A stretch of 64,000 nucleotides of DNA from Muribaculaceae bacterium (GTDB lineage: Bacteria > Bacteroidota > Bacteroidia > Bacteroidales > Muribaculaceae), in contig JAMPAX010000002.1 in NCBI GenBank assembly GCA_023667015.1, forward strand, positions 54,259-118,258. The letters run 5' to 3'. This document shows, piece by piece, positions 37,343 to 47,527 of the stretch (the stretch's first letter is position 1; each line of letters opens with the position of its first letter). Position numbers and translations under genes: made by a program. The notes beneath the pieces were generated by a model. It saw only the letters and a list, made by a program, of their open reading frames with translations, was not told the origin of the DNA and did no database searches.

Positions 37343-39407
37343 TGAGAACAAAAGAAGAAATGAAGAAATCAGACGGGAATATAATCCTCTTTTCGGGGTT
37401 GGAGCTCTTGGAGAACGCTTCCCACTTCTTCTAAAGCCGGGAGGGAAAGAATTGCATCTTCCCATAGAAATGGCCGATTTCATCGTAGTATCGGAATCAT
37501 TAAGGGCCGGCTCGGTCAGCGAATATATTGCTGAACTCACAGAGAAATGTCCTTGGAAAAAGCCCGATGAAATACGCACTCAGATATTGGGGAATATTCT
37601 CTATCATTGGGGCCATTGTGACTTTGAATTCTGGGCTGCAAGCTATGTACGGATAAAGAACAAGGGGGGAGGAGCAGATGTTAACTTCGTGCTCAACAGG
37701 CCACAACGACGACTAGTCGAGCGATTTGAGAGGATGCGTCATAGAAATCAGCCAATACGATTGATACTCTTGAAAGCCCGACAATGGGGAGGGTCGACGT
37801 GCACTCAACTTTATATGGCATGGTTGCAACTATGCCGACAGGAAGGACTCAACTCGTTAATAATTGCTCATCAGGGGATAGGGTCTGATGAAATACGCGA
37901 TATGTTCACACGTATGATTCAGGCTTATCCGCTCCGCATGCTTTACCCGCCGGGAAAGATACGGCGAGGAGCCAAGAAAATAGTCAGAGTAGGGAGAGCC
38001 GGAGGAATCTCAAGAGTGCCGCAGCGAAATTGTAAAATCAAGATAGGGACTGCTGAGCGGCCTGACTCTTGTCGTGGAGGGGACTATAATCTTGTACATT
38101 TATCGGAAATAGGAATATGGAAAGCGACAGACGGGAAGAAACCTGAAGATATCGTACGTTCTGCCTGTTCGGGCATTCTATTGAAGCCACTGACCATGAT
38201 AGTCATGGAATCTACGGCAAATGGCGTTGGCAACTACTTTCATCGGGAATATCTTGCAGCAAAGGATTCTACCAGTCAATTTGAGCCAATGTTTGTAAGC
38301 TGGTATGAGATTGACCAATACTCACAGGCATTCAATGATGAAGAAGAGCGTAGAGCAATGGCCGAAAAACTCTTTGAGAATCGGCAAGACACACGCGAGA
38401 GCAGTCGCCGGGTTTCGGGAGCATATCTATGGAGACTATGGGAATTGGGAGCTACGCTGGAGGCTATCAACTGGTATGTCGGAGAGAGAAAGAAATACTC
38501 TGATCAGGGACAGATGGCCGCAGAATATCCCACGGACGATCTTGAGGCCTTTGCGCATTCCGGAAGGATGGTGTTTGCGCGCGAATCGGTAGAGAAACTT
38601 CGCGAAGAATGTCGTGAGTCGAACGTATGCGGAATTTTGGAAACTCCGATGGAATCGGGACTTCCGGTGTTATCGAGGATAGAATTTGTAAGGGAAGCGG
38701 GGGGAGCATTGCAGATTTGGGAAATGCCGCAGGCTGAAGAGACAGAGCGTTTCTCCGACAGATATTTGGCCGTCATGGATATCGGAGGGAGGTCAGCCCG
38801 GGCAGATTGGACAGTCATCAGTGTATTCGACAGACGAAGAATGGCAGATGGGGGAAGGCCGGAGATCGTAGCGCAATGGCGGGGACACGGAGATATGGAT
38901 ATTGTAGCCATGGAGGCAGCCAAGTTAGCAGCCTTCTATAATGAGGCATTATTAGTCGTAGAGAGCAACACCGCTGAGACTCGCTTTCCGACATCACTGT
39001 TTGATGCCGACAATATGCCCTATGTAATGGCTCAACTCAGGCAGGTATATACCAATTTGTACGTCAGGCGCCAGTCGCCGGAAGATATCCGCGAAGGGCG
39101 GCCGGCGAAATATGGCTTCCATACGAATGTATCGACCAAGCCATTGGTCATTGCAGAATTAGTCAGAGCCGTACGCGAAGGGCTTTATATAGAGCGCGAC
39201 GTGCGAGCTCTGGAAGAGATGCTACAGTATGAACAGCGTCCCAATGGCAGTTATGGAGCTATTGCAGGATGCCACGACGACATCTTGATGACTCGAGCCA
39301 TAGGACTTTACATCTGTTTCCACGAAATGGAAACGCCGCGAAGAATCCTTCCCCGAAATTATCGGAACGGATATTCGGGCTATTTATCAGAAGCTTTTAT
39401 GAGCTAG
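37311..39407 (+). CDS. Terminase large subunit (TerL)
   Basis: Walker A-like KARQWGGST, Walker B-like IVMEST, RNase-H-like nuclease motifs VMDIGGRSARADWTV, VESNTAE and CHDDILMT. Confidence 0.7.
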   Translation: MTEKTIQDILDENKRRNEEIRREYNPLFGVGALGERFPLLLKPGGKELHLPIEMADFIVVSESLRAGSVSEYIAELTEKCPWKKPDEIRTQILGNILYHWGHCDFEFWAASYVRIKNKGGGADVNFVLNRPQRRLVERFERMRHRNQPIRLILLKARQWGGSTCTQLYMAWLQLCRQEGLNSLIIAHQGIGSDEIRDMFTRMIQAYPLRMLYPPGKIRRGAKKIVRVGRAGGISRVPQRNCKIKIGTAERPDSCRGGDYNLVHLSEIGIWKATDGKKPEDIVRSACSGILLKPLTMIVMESTANGVGNYFHREYLAAKDSTSQFEPMFVSWYEIDQYSQAFNDEEERRAMAEKLFENRQDTRESSRRVSGAYLWRLWELGATLEAINWYVGERKKYSDQGQMAAEYPTDDLEAFAHSGRMVFARESVEKLREECRESNVCGILETPMESGLPVLSRIEFVREAGGALQIWEMPQAEETERFSDRYLAVMDIGGRSARADWTVISVFDRRRMADGGRPEIVAQWRGHGDMDIVAMEAAKLAAFYNEALLVVESNTAETRFPTSLFDADNMPYVMAQLRQVYTNLYVRRQSPEDIREGRPAKYGFHTNVSTKPLVIAELVRAVREGLYIERDVRALEEMLQYEQRPNGSYGAIAGCHDDILMTRAIGLYICFHEMETPRRILPRNYRNGYSGYLSEAFMS

Positions 39408-39409
39408 AA

Positions 39410-39485
39410 AAGAATAAGGAGCTTAAGGAATTCAAGGTGCTTAAGAAACCTAAGGAATTTAAGGATAGATTTAAAAAAATTTAAA
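39410..39485. repeat. Degenerate repeat of CTTAAGGAATT-like units between TerL and portal
   Basis: aataaggagcttaaggaattcaaggtgcttaagaaacctaaggaatttaaggat. Confidence 0.6.
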
Positions 39486-39487
39486 AG

Positions 39488-41008
39488 ATGAAAGAAACAG
39501 AAGGATTTGGAGAGCATCGGGAGGATCTGCTACGCTTGGCGCAGGCTCATTGGAATGCCATGGCCGGCTTCCGCCTGGACCGTGAACGCTGTAAGCGCTA
39601 CACGTATGGGCGGCAGTGGGAAGACACAATACAGGTTGAAGGGCGCACGATGCGCGAGGCGGACTATATTCGCCGGCAGGGTAACATACCCTTGAAAAAC
39701 AATCTCATCCGACGAATTGTCAGGAACGTATTAGGGGTTTTTCGCAATCAGTTTGTTCCCCCGTCGGTTACAGACCTGGACCTGCCGGACACTCCGGAGA
39801 CTCAGCGTACGTTAGAGAGACTCAACGTAGCTGCTCGGCGCAACATGCTTGAGGAACTTTATGCCCGCACGATGGAAGAGTTTCTCATCTCCGGGCTTGC
39901 TGTCCATCGCAAATGGGTGGGGGAGCGTCGGGGACGCTATGATGTCTGGACAGACTATGTTCAGCCCGACTATTTTATCATTGACACTGATATGCGCGAC
40001 TTCCGGGGATGGGATGCGACACTTGCCGGAGAGATCCACGATGTAGACTTTACTGAGCTATGCACACGCATAGCCCAAAGTCCGGCACAAATGAAACGAC
40101 TACGAGAGATATATCTCGAAAGTGAAGACAATGGACTGAGAGAACTCTCCGAGAGCTTTGGTAATCCTGCTTCGGCTCTTAACTTTCTACAACCTACCCA
40201 TCCGGGACGATGTAGAGTCATCGAAATATGGCGCAGAGAACCGCGGGGTTATTATCATTGCCACGACACTCGCGATGGTTCCCTTTTCCGCATTCGGGAG
40301 AATGAATATACTAAATGTGTGGAGGAGGAAAACTCGAGGAGGCTGAAAAGAGCTGTAGATGAAGGGCGAACAGAGAGGGAGGCTCGACTTATACGCTACA
40401 AGTGGGTGATGGAAGAATGCTGGCGATATTACTTCTTATCGCCCCTGGGAGATGTGCTTTGCTCCGGAGACTCACCATTTCCGGATGGATCCCATCCTTA
40501 CGTTTTCAAGGCCTACCCCTTTATCGACGGAGAAATCCACTCCTTCGTCAGCGACTTGATCGACCAGCAAAGATACGTCAATCGTCTGGTGACACTCTAC
40601 GACTGGGTCATGCGAGCCTCAGCCAAGGGAGTGTTACTCTTTCCGGAGGGATCACTCCCGGATGGAATAGACATCGACGATATCTCGAGCGAGTGGAGTC
40701 GTTTCAATGGTGTCATAATGTTCCGACCCAAGCCGGGCGTTCCTTTGCCGCAACAAATCAGCGGAAACGCAGCCAACATCGGCATTACTGAGCTTCTGCA
40801 GGTGCAGCTGAAGATGATGGAAGATGTCAGCGGTGTGAACGGTGCACTCCAAGGGAAACTCGAAAGTGGAGCCGTCAGCGGCACGCTCTACAATCAGCAG
40901 ACGCGACATGCACTGACCGGGCTACTCGACATCCTTCAGAGCTTCGGAAGCTTTATCCGCGAAGGAGTGAGGAAGGAAATCAATATCTTGCAAGATGAAA
41001 TCTTGTAA
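39488..41008 (+). CDS. Phage portal protein
   Basis: 506 aa directly after TerL; YTYGRQWED N-terminal region resembles portal family proteins. Confidence 0.55.
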   Translation: MKETEGFGEHREDLLRLAQAHWNAMAGFRLDRERCKRYTYGRQWEDTIQVEGRTMREADYIRRQGNIPLKNNLIRRIVRNVLGVFRNQFVPPSVTDLDLPDTPETQRTLERLNVAARRNMLEELYARTMEEFLISGLAVHRKWVGERRGRYDVWTDYVQPDYFIIDTDMRDFRGWDATLAGEIHDVDFTELCTRIAQSPAQMKRLREIYLESEDNGLRELSESFGNPASALNFLQPTHPGRCRVIEIWRREPRGYYHCHDTRDGSLFRIRENEYTKCVEEENSRRLKRAVDEGRTEREARLIRYKWVMEECWRYYFLSPLGDVLCSGDSPFPDGSHPYVFKAYPFIDGEIHSFVSDLIDQQRYVNRLVTLYDWVMRASAKGVLLFPEGSLPDGIDIDDISSEWSRFNGVIMFRPKPGVPLPQQISGNAANIGITELLQVQLKMMEDVSGVNGALQGKLESGAVSGTLYNQQTRHALTGLLDILQSFGSFIREGVRKEINILQDEIL

Positions 41009-41052
41009 GATATTGAGGGTTGAGGGTTGGGGGTTGTTGAGGGTTGAGGGTT
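41003..41052. repeat. Heptamer microsatellite (GAGGGTT) x about 6; G-quadruplex-capable on the + strand
   Basis: ttgagggttgagggttgggggttgttgagggttgagggtt. Confidence 0.9.
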
Positions 41053-41072
41053 AAAGATGAAAATTATAAAAT

Positions 41073-43964
41073 TTAAAGATTCTGGAGGTAGGTGGTCAGA
41101 TTTACTTCGCGCTCAAGCCCCATCTTCCTTCTCAGTCTATAACGACTCATCTCCACTGATCGAGGATTAATGTTAAAGAGGGGTGCTATCTCCTTACTCG
41201 AAAGCCCCATCTTCAGATAGCAACATATTCTGAGCTCAGTCTTACTCAGACTTGGGTATAGCTCCATAAGTCGTTTGGTATAGTTCTCATAGACTATATC
41301 GAAATTCTGATTAAAATTCTTCCAATCATCATCGTGTGAGATATTATGTGAAATCGACTTTCTAATACGCTGAATCTCCAATGCCACGCCATCTTCGCGA
41401 CTCTCAGCTTGTTTGCACAATCGGTCAAGACGCGAAGAGATATTAAGCAAGATTTCATTCTTACGGATGACGTTCATCGTAATATTGCTCAACTCCGAGC
41501 TTTTGTGTTTGATATCTTTTTCGAGCTGTTCACTCTTGAGAGCCGCAATTTCATAATCCTTCCGGAGATTTTCCTGTTCGGCTGCCTGCTTCAGCCGTTG
41601 ATATTCCTCCTCCTGCCGTTGAGTAATCCTTCGGGCAGCGCGCGCATAGGCATTCTTTATCATCTTGAAGGAGAAATACAAAGCTACGATAGCCAAGACC
41701 ATATATACCACATTTGCAGGCATTGAGCGCCACCATGGAGGGAGCACCCTAAAAGAGAACGATGATTCGGAGAGTTGCCCGGTAGAAGGGTTGAAAGCCC
41801 TGACATGCAGGGTATATGAACCCTCATGCAGACGGGTATATTCCTTTGAAGCCACAGCTGAGAGAGGGGTCCATGTCTTATCATAGTCCTCCAGGAGGCA
41901 TGAGAAGAGAATCTCCCCATCACCGCGAAACTCCGTCATGGCCAAGTCAAACCTCAATGAATTTAATGAGAAAGGAACCTGAAGTAGAAAATCCTTAGAA
42001 TTCTCCTGAGTCGTCGGAGCACTATAAAGCAACGAGTCGCCCTGAGCATAAACAGAAGCGATAAAAGTCTTGGGAAGCCATCGCGACACAACATGCTTAT
42101 GCGGGGAAATGAGAAAGAAACCATCCTGGTTCCCTACAATTATATCATTGCCGGCGCGGCCGATATTCTCAAAACCGGGAATCATATGTCCACACATCCG
42201 GCGAAGAGAGATCGTATCGGCATTCCAGGAGTCCTTATCTCTTCGAAGGAGAGACATGCCACGCGATGAAAACGAAAAAATATGATCCCTGCCCAGGGGC
42301 AAAAGATGAACCGCCTCCCCCGGGTACGTACCGGCTGAAAGAGTATTATCCTTTACAGCCCTCCCCGAAGGGAGCATCCTATAGACACCATATTCCGTGC
42401 CAATATATATTGTCCCATTACTGATAAGTACTGAGTTGTTATTGTTCGAAGGGAGACCATCTTTAGTGGTAAAAAGTCGTATATTCTTGAAAGACCGTGA
42501 AGAGAGGTCGAATTTCATTCGATATACGCCATTAAGCCAATGTCCGAGCCATATATTACCCGCATTATCCTCCGCAAATCGGCCACCGACATCGTCATAA
42601 CCCTTTACGACTCCCAAGTCAATCCATCCTGAAGGACGCTTTTGGAGCAAGTGGAAATGATTATAGGTAGAAGCTAAGGCATAGCCGGCATTGCTATTCA
42701 ACGAACGCACCATCCAAGTACCCGGCAGATTCGGGATAACGGATAAATTATCAGCCGAACCGGTACTTGACTGAAACAAGCCGCGGTCGGAGCAGATAAA
42801 GAGGGTATTACCAATCGTATCAATACTCCACACCTGCCCGTTAAGAATTTTACGCGGCCCTGCGGGAGAAGCGGAAGAAACCGAAGGCCAAGGGAGGGAA
42901 AAGAGAGCCTGGTTTGTACCCAAAAGTAGATTTCCCCGATACAGAATTGAAGCATACCCGGCACCCGTATCATGATTAGCACCCAACAGGTTCCAGACTG
43001 GAGAATTCGGAAAAGCCACAGCCAATCCATTGTCGAGACACATCCACAAAGAGCCGGAGCGGTCATAACCCATATTCAGTACGGTATTGTTGAGCAATCC
43101 CGTGTTTCGATTGACGAAAGAGATGTCGCCCGACTTAAGATTCATGATTGCCACTCCGGCATTCACCGTACCCAGAGCAATGTCATCTCCGAGGCGACGG
43201 GAGCAAAAAAGCTGATTCTCAATGATAAAAGAGTCCAGAGAAGTTGGAAAAGGAATAGTCTTAAATCCGTCATGGTAAAAGAGACCATTAAGGTTAGTAG
43301 CGATTAGAAAATTCCCGTTGAAATCGAGGATTCCACATATTCTTTTCCCCATAAGGGGGGTATTATCGGCGATATCTATGAGGCGTCCATTACGACAGCG
43401 AGCCACTCCTCCCGTGTCAAAACCAACTATAGGAGCCGACTCTCCCGGAAGAATGGTAGAAGTAGAGATTTTCCGAGTTGACTTAATAACAGTAGGACTA
43501 TTCTCAGATTTAGGATTAATACATATTATACAAAAATCAGATTGAAAATATATATATCCATTATCAGACTTCATGATATTCCACACCTCAGAGATTTTCA
43601 CACTCTTGGACACAGTCGCAGAAAGAGAATGATAAGACTCAACTCCCGTGTTGGCATCTGCAATAAAATACCCGAATTCATCGGAGCCTCCGGCATATAT
43701 CCTACCGGAGTCAGTATCCGCGAGAACTGACCGTACAGTAGTATGGTTTGGAAGATTGAAGAGACGCCAACGGAGTCCATCAAACCGGAGGAGGCCATTT
43801 CTATTGGCCACATACACCCTGCCGAGGTTATCACAGTCCATACACCAGTTTTGGGCACCGGCACCATACGTTGATGCAGGGAAATTTCTTAAAGGAATAT
43901 ACCCCGTGGCGGCTACTGAAAAGGGAAAAAGCAAAAGGATGAAGAGCGACTGTAGATATTTCAT
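41073..43964 (-). CDS. One-component PUL regulator: beta-propeller sensor + Y_Y_Y domain + TM + LuxR-type HTH (no kinase domain)
   Basis: Signal peptide, repeated propeller-like segments, Y_Y_Y region (YTLHVRAFNPSTGQ), TM VVYMVLAIVALYF, C-terminal LuxR HTH (ELRICCYLKMGLSSKEIAPLFNINPRSVEMSRYRLRRKMGL). Confidence 0.7.
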   Translation of the reverse strand: MKYLQSLFILLLFPFSVAATGYIPLRNFPASTYGAGAQNWCMDCDNLGRVYVANRNGLLRFDGLRWRLFNLPNHTTVRSVLADTDSGRIYAGGSDEFGYFIADANTGVESYHSLSATVSKSVKISEVWNIMKSDNGYIYFQSDFCIICINPKSENSPTVIKSTRKISTSTILPGESAPIVGFDTGGVARCRNGRLIDIADNTPLMGKRICGILDFNGNFLIATNLNGLFYHDGFKTIPFPTSLDSFIIENQLFCSRRLGDDIALGTVNAGVAIMNLKSGDISFVNRNTGLLNNTVLNMGYDRSGSLWMCLDNGLAVAFPNSPVWNLLGANHDTGAGYASILYRGNLLLGTNQALFSLPWPSVSSASPAGPRKILNGQVWSIDTIGNTLFICSDRGLFQSSTGSADNLSVIPNLPGTWMVRSLNSNAGYALASTYNHFHLLQKRPSGWIDLGVVKGYDDVGGRFAEDNAGNIWLGHWLNGVYRMKFDLSSRSFKNIRLFTTKDGLPSNNNNSVLISNGTIYIGTEYGVYRMLPSGRAVKDNTLSAGTYPGEAVHLLPLGRDHIFSFSSRGMSLLRRDKDSWNADTISLRRMCGHMIPGFENIGRAGNDIIVGNQDGFFLISPHKHVVSRWLPKTFIASVYAQGDSLLYSAPTTQENSKDFLLQVPFSLNSLRFDLAMTEFRGDGEILFSCLLEDYDKTWTPLSAVASKEYTRLHEGSYTLHVRAFNPSTGQLSESSFSFRVLPPWWRSMPANVVYMVLAIVALYFSFKMIKNAYARAARRITQRQEEEYQRLKQAAEQENLRKDYEIAALKSEQLEKDIKHKSSELSNITMNVIRKNEILLNISSRLDRLCKQAESREDGVALEIQRIRKSISHNISHDDDWKNFNQNFDIVYENYTKRLMELYPSLSKTELRICCYLKMGLSSKEIAPLFNINPRSVEMSRYRLRRKMGLEREVNLTTYLQNL

Positions 43965-44149
43965 GGTGCAAATATCCGAAAAAACAATAGATAGAGTGCA
44001 TACTGAAAATATGTTTTAAAACATAAAAAATATTATATTCATATTTCTCAATGAATTGGATATTTTTTGTTGAGTGATTGTAGGGGTAGAATTTTATCAT
44101 TGTTGAGTTTTTTTAGCATAATATTTTTGAAATGATATAAAAAGATATG

Positions 44150-44157
44150 TAATTTTG
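44150..44157 (+). promoter_or_regulatory. -7 box TAATTTTG (TAATTTTGCA) for susC; leader about 220 nt
   Basis: atgTAATTTTGcaacg. Confidence 0.45.
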
Positions 44158-44292
44158 CAACGCATTCAGTTGCAATCCGCAGATGCTACATAAAAAAGTG
44201 GCAAGTACGGAAAAAGCCGAAGCGAATCAAGTATTATATTCGGAAGTGTCCGCTCACTGCCTTTTCACATTCACATTCTAAAGCGGGCATTT

Positions 44293-44335
44293 GAAAGGGT
44301 CGGACAGTCGACCGAAACGCATCCGACCCTTTCTT
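44293..44335 (+). promoter_or_regulatory. Stable hairpin in the susC 5' leader (12-bp stem, 17-nt loop)
   Basis: gaaagggtcgga-cagtcgaccgaaacgca-tccgaccctttc about 45 bp upstream of the susC ATG. Confidence 0.5.
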
Positions 44336-44380
44336 CTTTAGAGCTCGTCTCATACAACAATGACAACTAAATCCTGACTC

Positions 44381-47300
44381 ATGAAGAAATATTTACTTCT
44401 CATTCTGCTATCAGTCGTCTGCCTCGGAGCAGCGGCTCAGACGCTGAAAGTCTCGGGAACCGTCAGCTCCGCCGAAGACAACGAACCCCTGATAGGGGCT
44501 ACAGTCCAGGTAAAGGAGAACCGATCGGTTGGCGTAGCCACCGACATTGACGGCAACTACGAAATAACCGTAGCCCCCGGCCAGACTCTCATCTTCTCCT
44601 ATGTAGGCTATACCCCTACCGAAAAGAAAGTAACCTCATCCGGCAAACTTGACATCACCCTCGACTCGAGTGCTGAGATGCTACAAGAAGTAGTAGCCAT
44701 CGGCTACGGCACCGTCAAGAAGAGCGACCTCACCGGCTCTGTATCAACCGTAGCGGCCGACAAACTCAGTCGCACTCCGGCAGCCTCACTATCCAATGCA
44801 CTTCAGGGACAAGCCGCCGGTGTGACAGTCAACTCTCTGACAGGACGTCCGGGAGCATCCGCCGAGGTGCGTATTCGCGGTGTCGGCACCGTCAACAACG
44901 CCTCTCCCATATACGTAGTAGACGGCGTCATCACCGATGATATCAGCTTTCTCTCCCCCAACGACATTGAGCACACTGAGATACTGAAAGATGCCTCAGC
45001 CACGGCCATCTATGGTTCTCGTGGTGCCAACGGTGTCATCATCGTCACCACACGCAGCGGCAAACTCAACAAAGATGCGCGCGTAAATTTCGACGCGTAT
45101 ATCGGCATGCAACAGCGTTGGAAAAAACTTGACGTCATGAACGCCTCCCAATATGCAGATGCCATCGTAGCCATCAACGGCAATCCCAACTCTAAAAAAT
45201 ATTATCAAGAAAATGGCTTCAACGAATGGCTGAAAGTCTTTAACGGTGTGGGAGCTTCCGACTTCTTCCCCACTGTCTACAATCCCGACACCAACCCTAC
45301 CGGATTTGACTATGCCTCCCAGGAGACAGACTGGCAAGATGAAATCTTCCGCAATGGACTGATCCAGAACTACCACCTTGGCATTGATGGCGGTGGCGAG
45401 CGCTTCACATACTCCGCATCCGGCTCATGGTTTGGCCAGCAGGGTATCATCCGCGGTTCTGACTACAGCCGCTTTACTGCCCGTCTGAACACTACATATC
45501 AGGCATTTCCCTGGCTAAAAATCGGTGAGAATATCTCCTTCACGGCCTCCAAGGCTCAGAATGCTTACGAAAGTGGCGACAACTCCGAATCTGCCGGAGC
45601 TTCCATCATCTCTGCTGCATTCGCTATGGCTCCTTGGGATCCTGTACGCTATCCGGAAGGAAGCGTCAACCGCAAAGGTCAAGACCTCAGCGGTGGACTT
45701 GCAGCGGGATCAAACTTCAAGAATGTCACAAACCCCTTCTCAATGATAGAGTATAGCCATCCCAAAGTACGCAACGAGCGCTGGGTAGGCAACGTGTTCC
45801 TCGAGCTAACACCTATCAAATATTTGACATTCCGCTCATCTTTCAACTTCGACTATCGCATTACTACCGACAAGAGCTTTATGGACTCCTATATAGTCTC
45901 CGCCTACGATAAGCGCGATGACAACTTCCTGAGTTCCTCAATGGCTCGTGCATATTACTATAATGTCGACAATATCCTGACCTACGCCCGTACTATAGGT
46001 AAACACGACTTCTCAGCGATGGTAGGCCAGACAGTAGAACAATACGACTACTACTCCATCGGCAACTCCGGAAGCACCATCCTCAACCCGGTGGAAAACA
46101 ACTGGTATCTGTCTCAAGTCACTGAGAACTTTGGGCGACCCTCCGACTCCGTAAGTCGCAACCGCCGCTTCTCCTGGCTTGGTCGACTAAACTATAACTT
46201 CGACGGGCGCTACATGGCTACAGTCAATTTCCGCGCTGACGGCTCCTCACGCTTCCCGGAAAACTCTTGGGGCTACTTCCCCTCCTTTGCACTCGCATGG
46301 CGTCTTAGCCGCGAGAAGTTCCTCAGCGACTTCTCCAATCTCAACGACCTCAAACTCCGCTTCGGCTGGGGTAAGGTCGGCAACGACAATATTGGCAACA
46401 ACGCCTTTATCCTCAACATGTTTAACAATGGACCCACATTCGTTGACTATCCCTTTGGCGTTATCCCCGCGTTGCAACCCGGAGCTACCGTGCTGACATG
46501 GATCAACAATGGTGGCCACTGGGAAAATACCGAACAGTGGAGCTTGGGTGTGGACTTCGGATTCTTCAACAATAGACTGACCGGCTCCGTCGATGGTTTC
46601 ATCCGCAAGACAAACGACATGCTCATGAGCGTCAACGCTCCGGCCCACGTCGGCAACCGCTACCCCGGCACCGCCAACGTTGGACGCGTCCGCAATCAGG
46701 GTATCGAAATCTCCCTCGAACATCGCAATACTGTCAACGACTGGTTCCACTACTCCGTAGGTGGCAACATCTCCTTCATTGGCAACAAGCTGACCGACCT
46801 TAATGGCGGATCACCCATTTACACCAACTACGACCAGGTGCAGGTAGTCAACCAAGGGTTCCCCCTCTACTACTTCTGGGGCTACAACTACGAGGGTGTC
46901 TACCAAACAGATGCTGAAGTGCTCGAATACCTCAACGGCTATACCGCTGCGGACTCCCCATTTGCGGCCGGCGATGCCAAATATCGCGACAACAATGGCG
47001 ATGGCGTCATCAACGGTGATGACCGTGTATTCCTCGGAAGTTCCATTCCCAAAGTCAACTACGGCATCAATCTTTCGGCATATCTCAAGGACTTCGACAT
47101 ACAGCTCTTCTTCCAAGGTGCCGGTGGCAACAAAATCTACAACCAGATGCGCCATCGCCTGGAGAGCAACGGACAAAGCTCCATTCTCTCCCCCATCATG
47201 ACCGACGCCTGGACCGTAGACAATACCGACGGATCTATCCCCAACCCAAGAAATTCCGTCAACTACTATACTTCAGACCGTTTCTTGGAAAAAGGAGACT

Positions 47301-47515
47301 ACTTCCGCCTGAAAAACCTTCAGATAGGCTACACGCTTCCCCAGAGCATACTCGGAAAGTCCGGACTGAAGAACTGCCGCTTCTACGTGCAGATTTCCAA
47401 CCTATTCACGATCACCAAATATAAGGGTTTCGACCCCGAGGTCAGCGGAGGTGTGGACTATGGCAACTACCCGCAGTGTCGCACATTCCTCTTCGGTGTA
47501 AACATCTCTTATTAA
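44381..47515 (+). CDS. susC: SusC/RagA-family TonB-dependent outer-membrane transporter
   Basis: Signal peptide, N-terminal carboxypeptidase-like regulatory domain, TonB box region, 1044 aa, C-terminal beta-barrel ending in aromatic residue. Confidence 0.9.
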   Translation: MKKYLLLILLSVVCLGAAAQTLKVSGTVSSAEDNEPLIGATVQVKENRSVGVATDIDGNYEITVAPGQTLIFSYVGYTPTEKKVTSSGKLDITLDSSAEMLQEVVAIGYGTVKKSDLTGSVSTVAADKLSRTPAASLSNALQGQAAGVTVNSLTGRPGASAEVRIRGVGTVNNASPIYVVDGVITDDISFLSPNDIEHTEILKDASATAIYGSRGANGVIIVTTRSGKLNKDARVNFDAYIGMQQRWKKLDVMNASQYADAIVAINGNPNSKKYYQENGFNEWLKVFNGVGASDFFPTVYNPDTNPTGFDYASQETDWQDEIFRNGLIQNYHLGIDGGGERFTYSASGSWFGQQGIIRGSDYSRFTARLNTTYQAFPWLKIGENISFTASKAQNAYESGDNSESAGASIISAAFAMAPWDPVRYPEGSVNRKGQDLSGGLAAGSNFKNVTNPFSMIEYSHPKVRNERWVGNVFLELTPIKYLTFRSSFNFDYRITTDKSFMDSYIVSAYDKRDDNFLSSSMARAYYYNVDNILTYARTIGKHDFSAMVGQTVEQYDYYSIGNSGSTILNPVENNWYLSQVTENFGRPSDSVSRNRRFSWLGRLNYNFDGRYMATVNFRADGSSRFPENSWGYFPSFALAWRLSREKFLSDFSNLNDLKLRFGWGKVGNDNIGNNAFILNMFNNGPTFVDYPFGVIPALQPGATVLTWINNGGHWENTEQWSLGVDFGFFNNRLTGSVDGFIRKTNDMLMSVNAPAHVGNRYPGTANVGRVRNQGIEISLEHRNTVNDWFHYSVGGNISFIGNKLTDLNGGSPIYTNYDQVQVVNQGFPLYYFWGYNYEGVYQTDAEVLEYLNGYTAADSPFAAGDAKYRDNNGDGVINGDDRVFLGSSIPKVNYGINLSAYLKDFDIQLFFQGAGGNKIYNQMRHRLESNGQSSILSPIMTDAWTVDNTDGSIPNPRNSVNYYTSDRFLEKGDYFRLKNLQIGYTLPQSILGKSGLKNCRFYVQISNLFTITKYKGFDPEVSGGVDYGNYPQCRTFLFGVNISY

Positions 47516-47527
47516 CAAGCAAAGTTT

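Larger units (their letters stand above)
32369..41052. mobile_element. Phage-like head-morphogenesis/DNA-packaging island lacking integrase, replication, tail and lysis genes (candidate satellite or defective element)
   Basis: Contiguous genes for an acidic scaffold-like protein, large capsid-like protein, TerL and portal; bounded by a terminator hairpin on the left and a G-rich heptamer repeat on the right. Confidence 0.5.
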
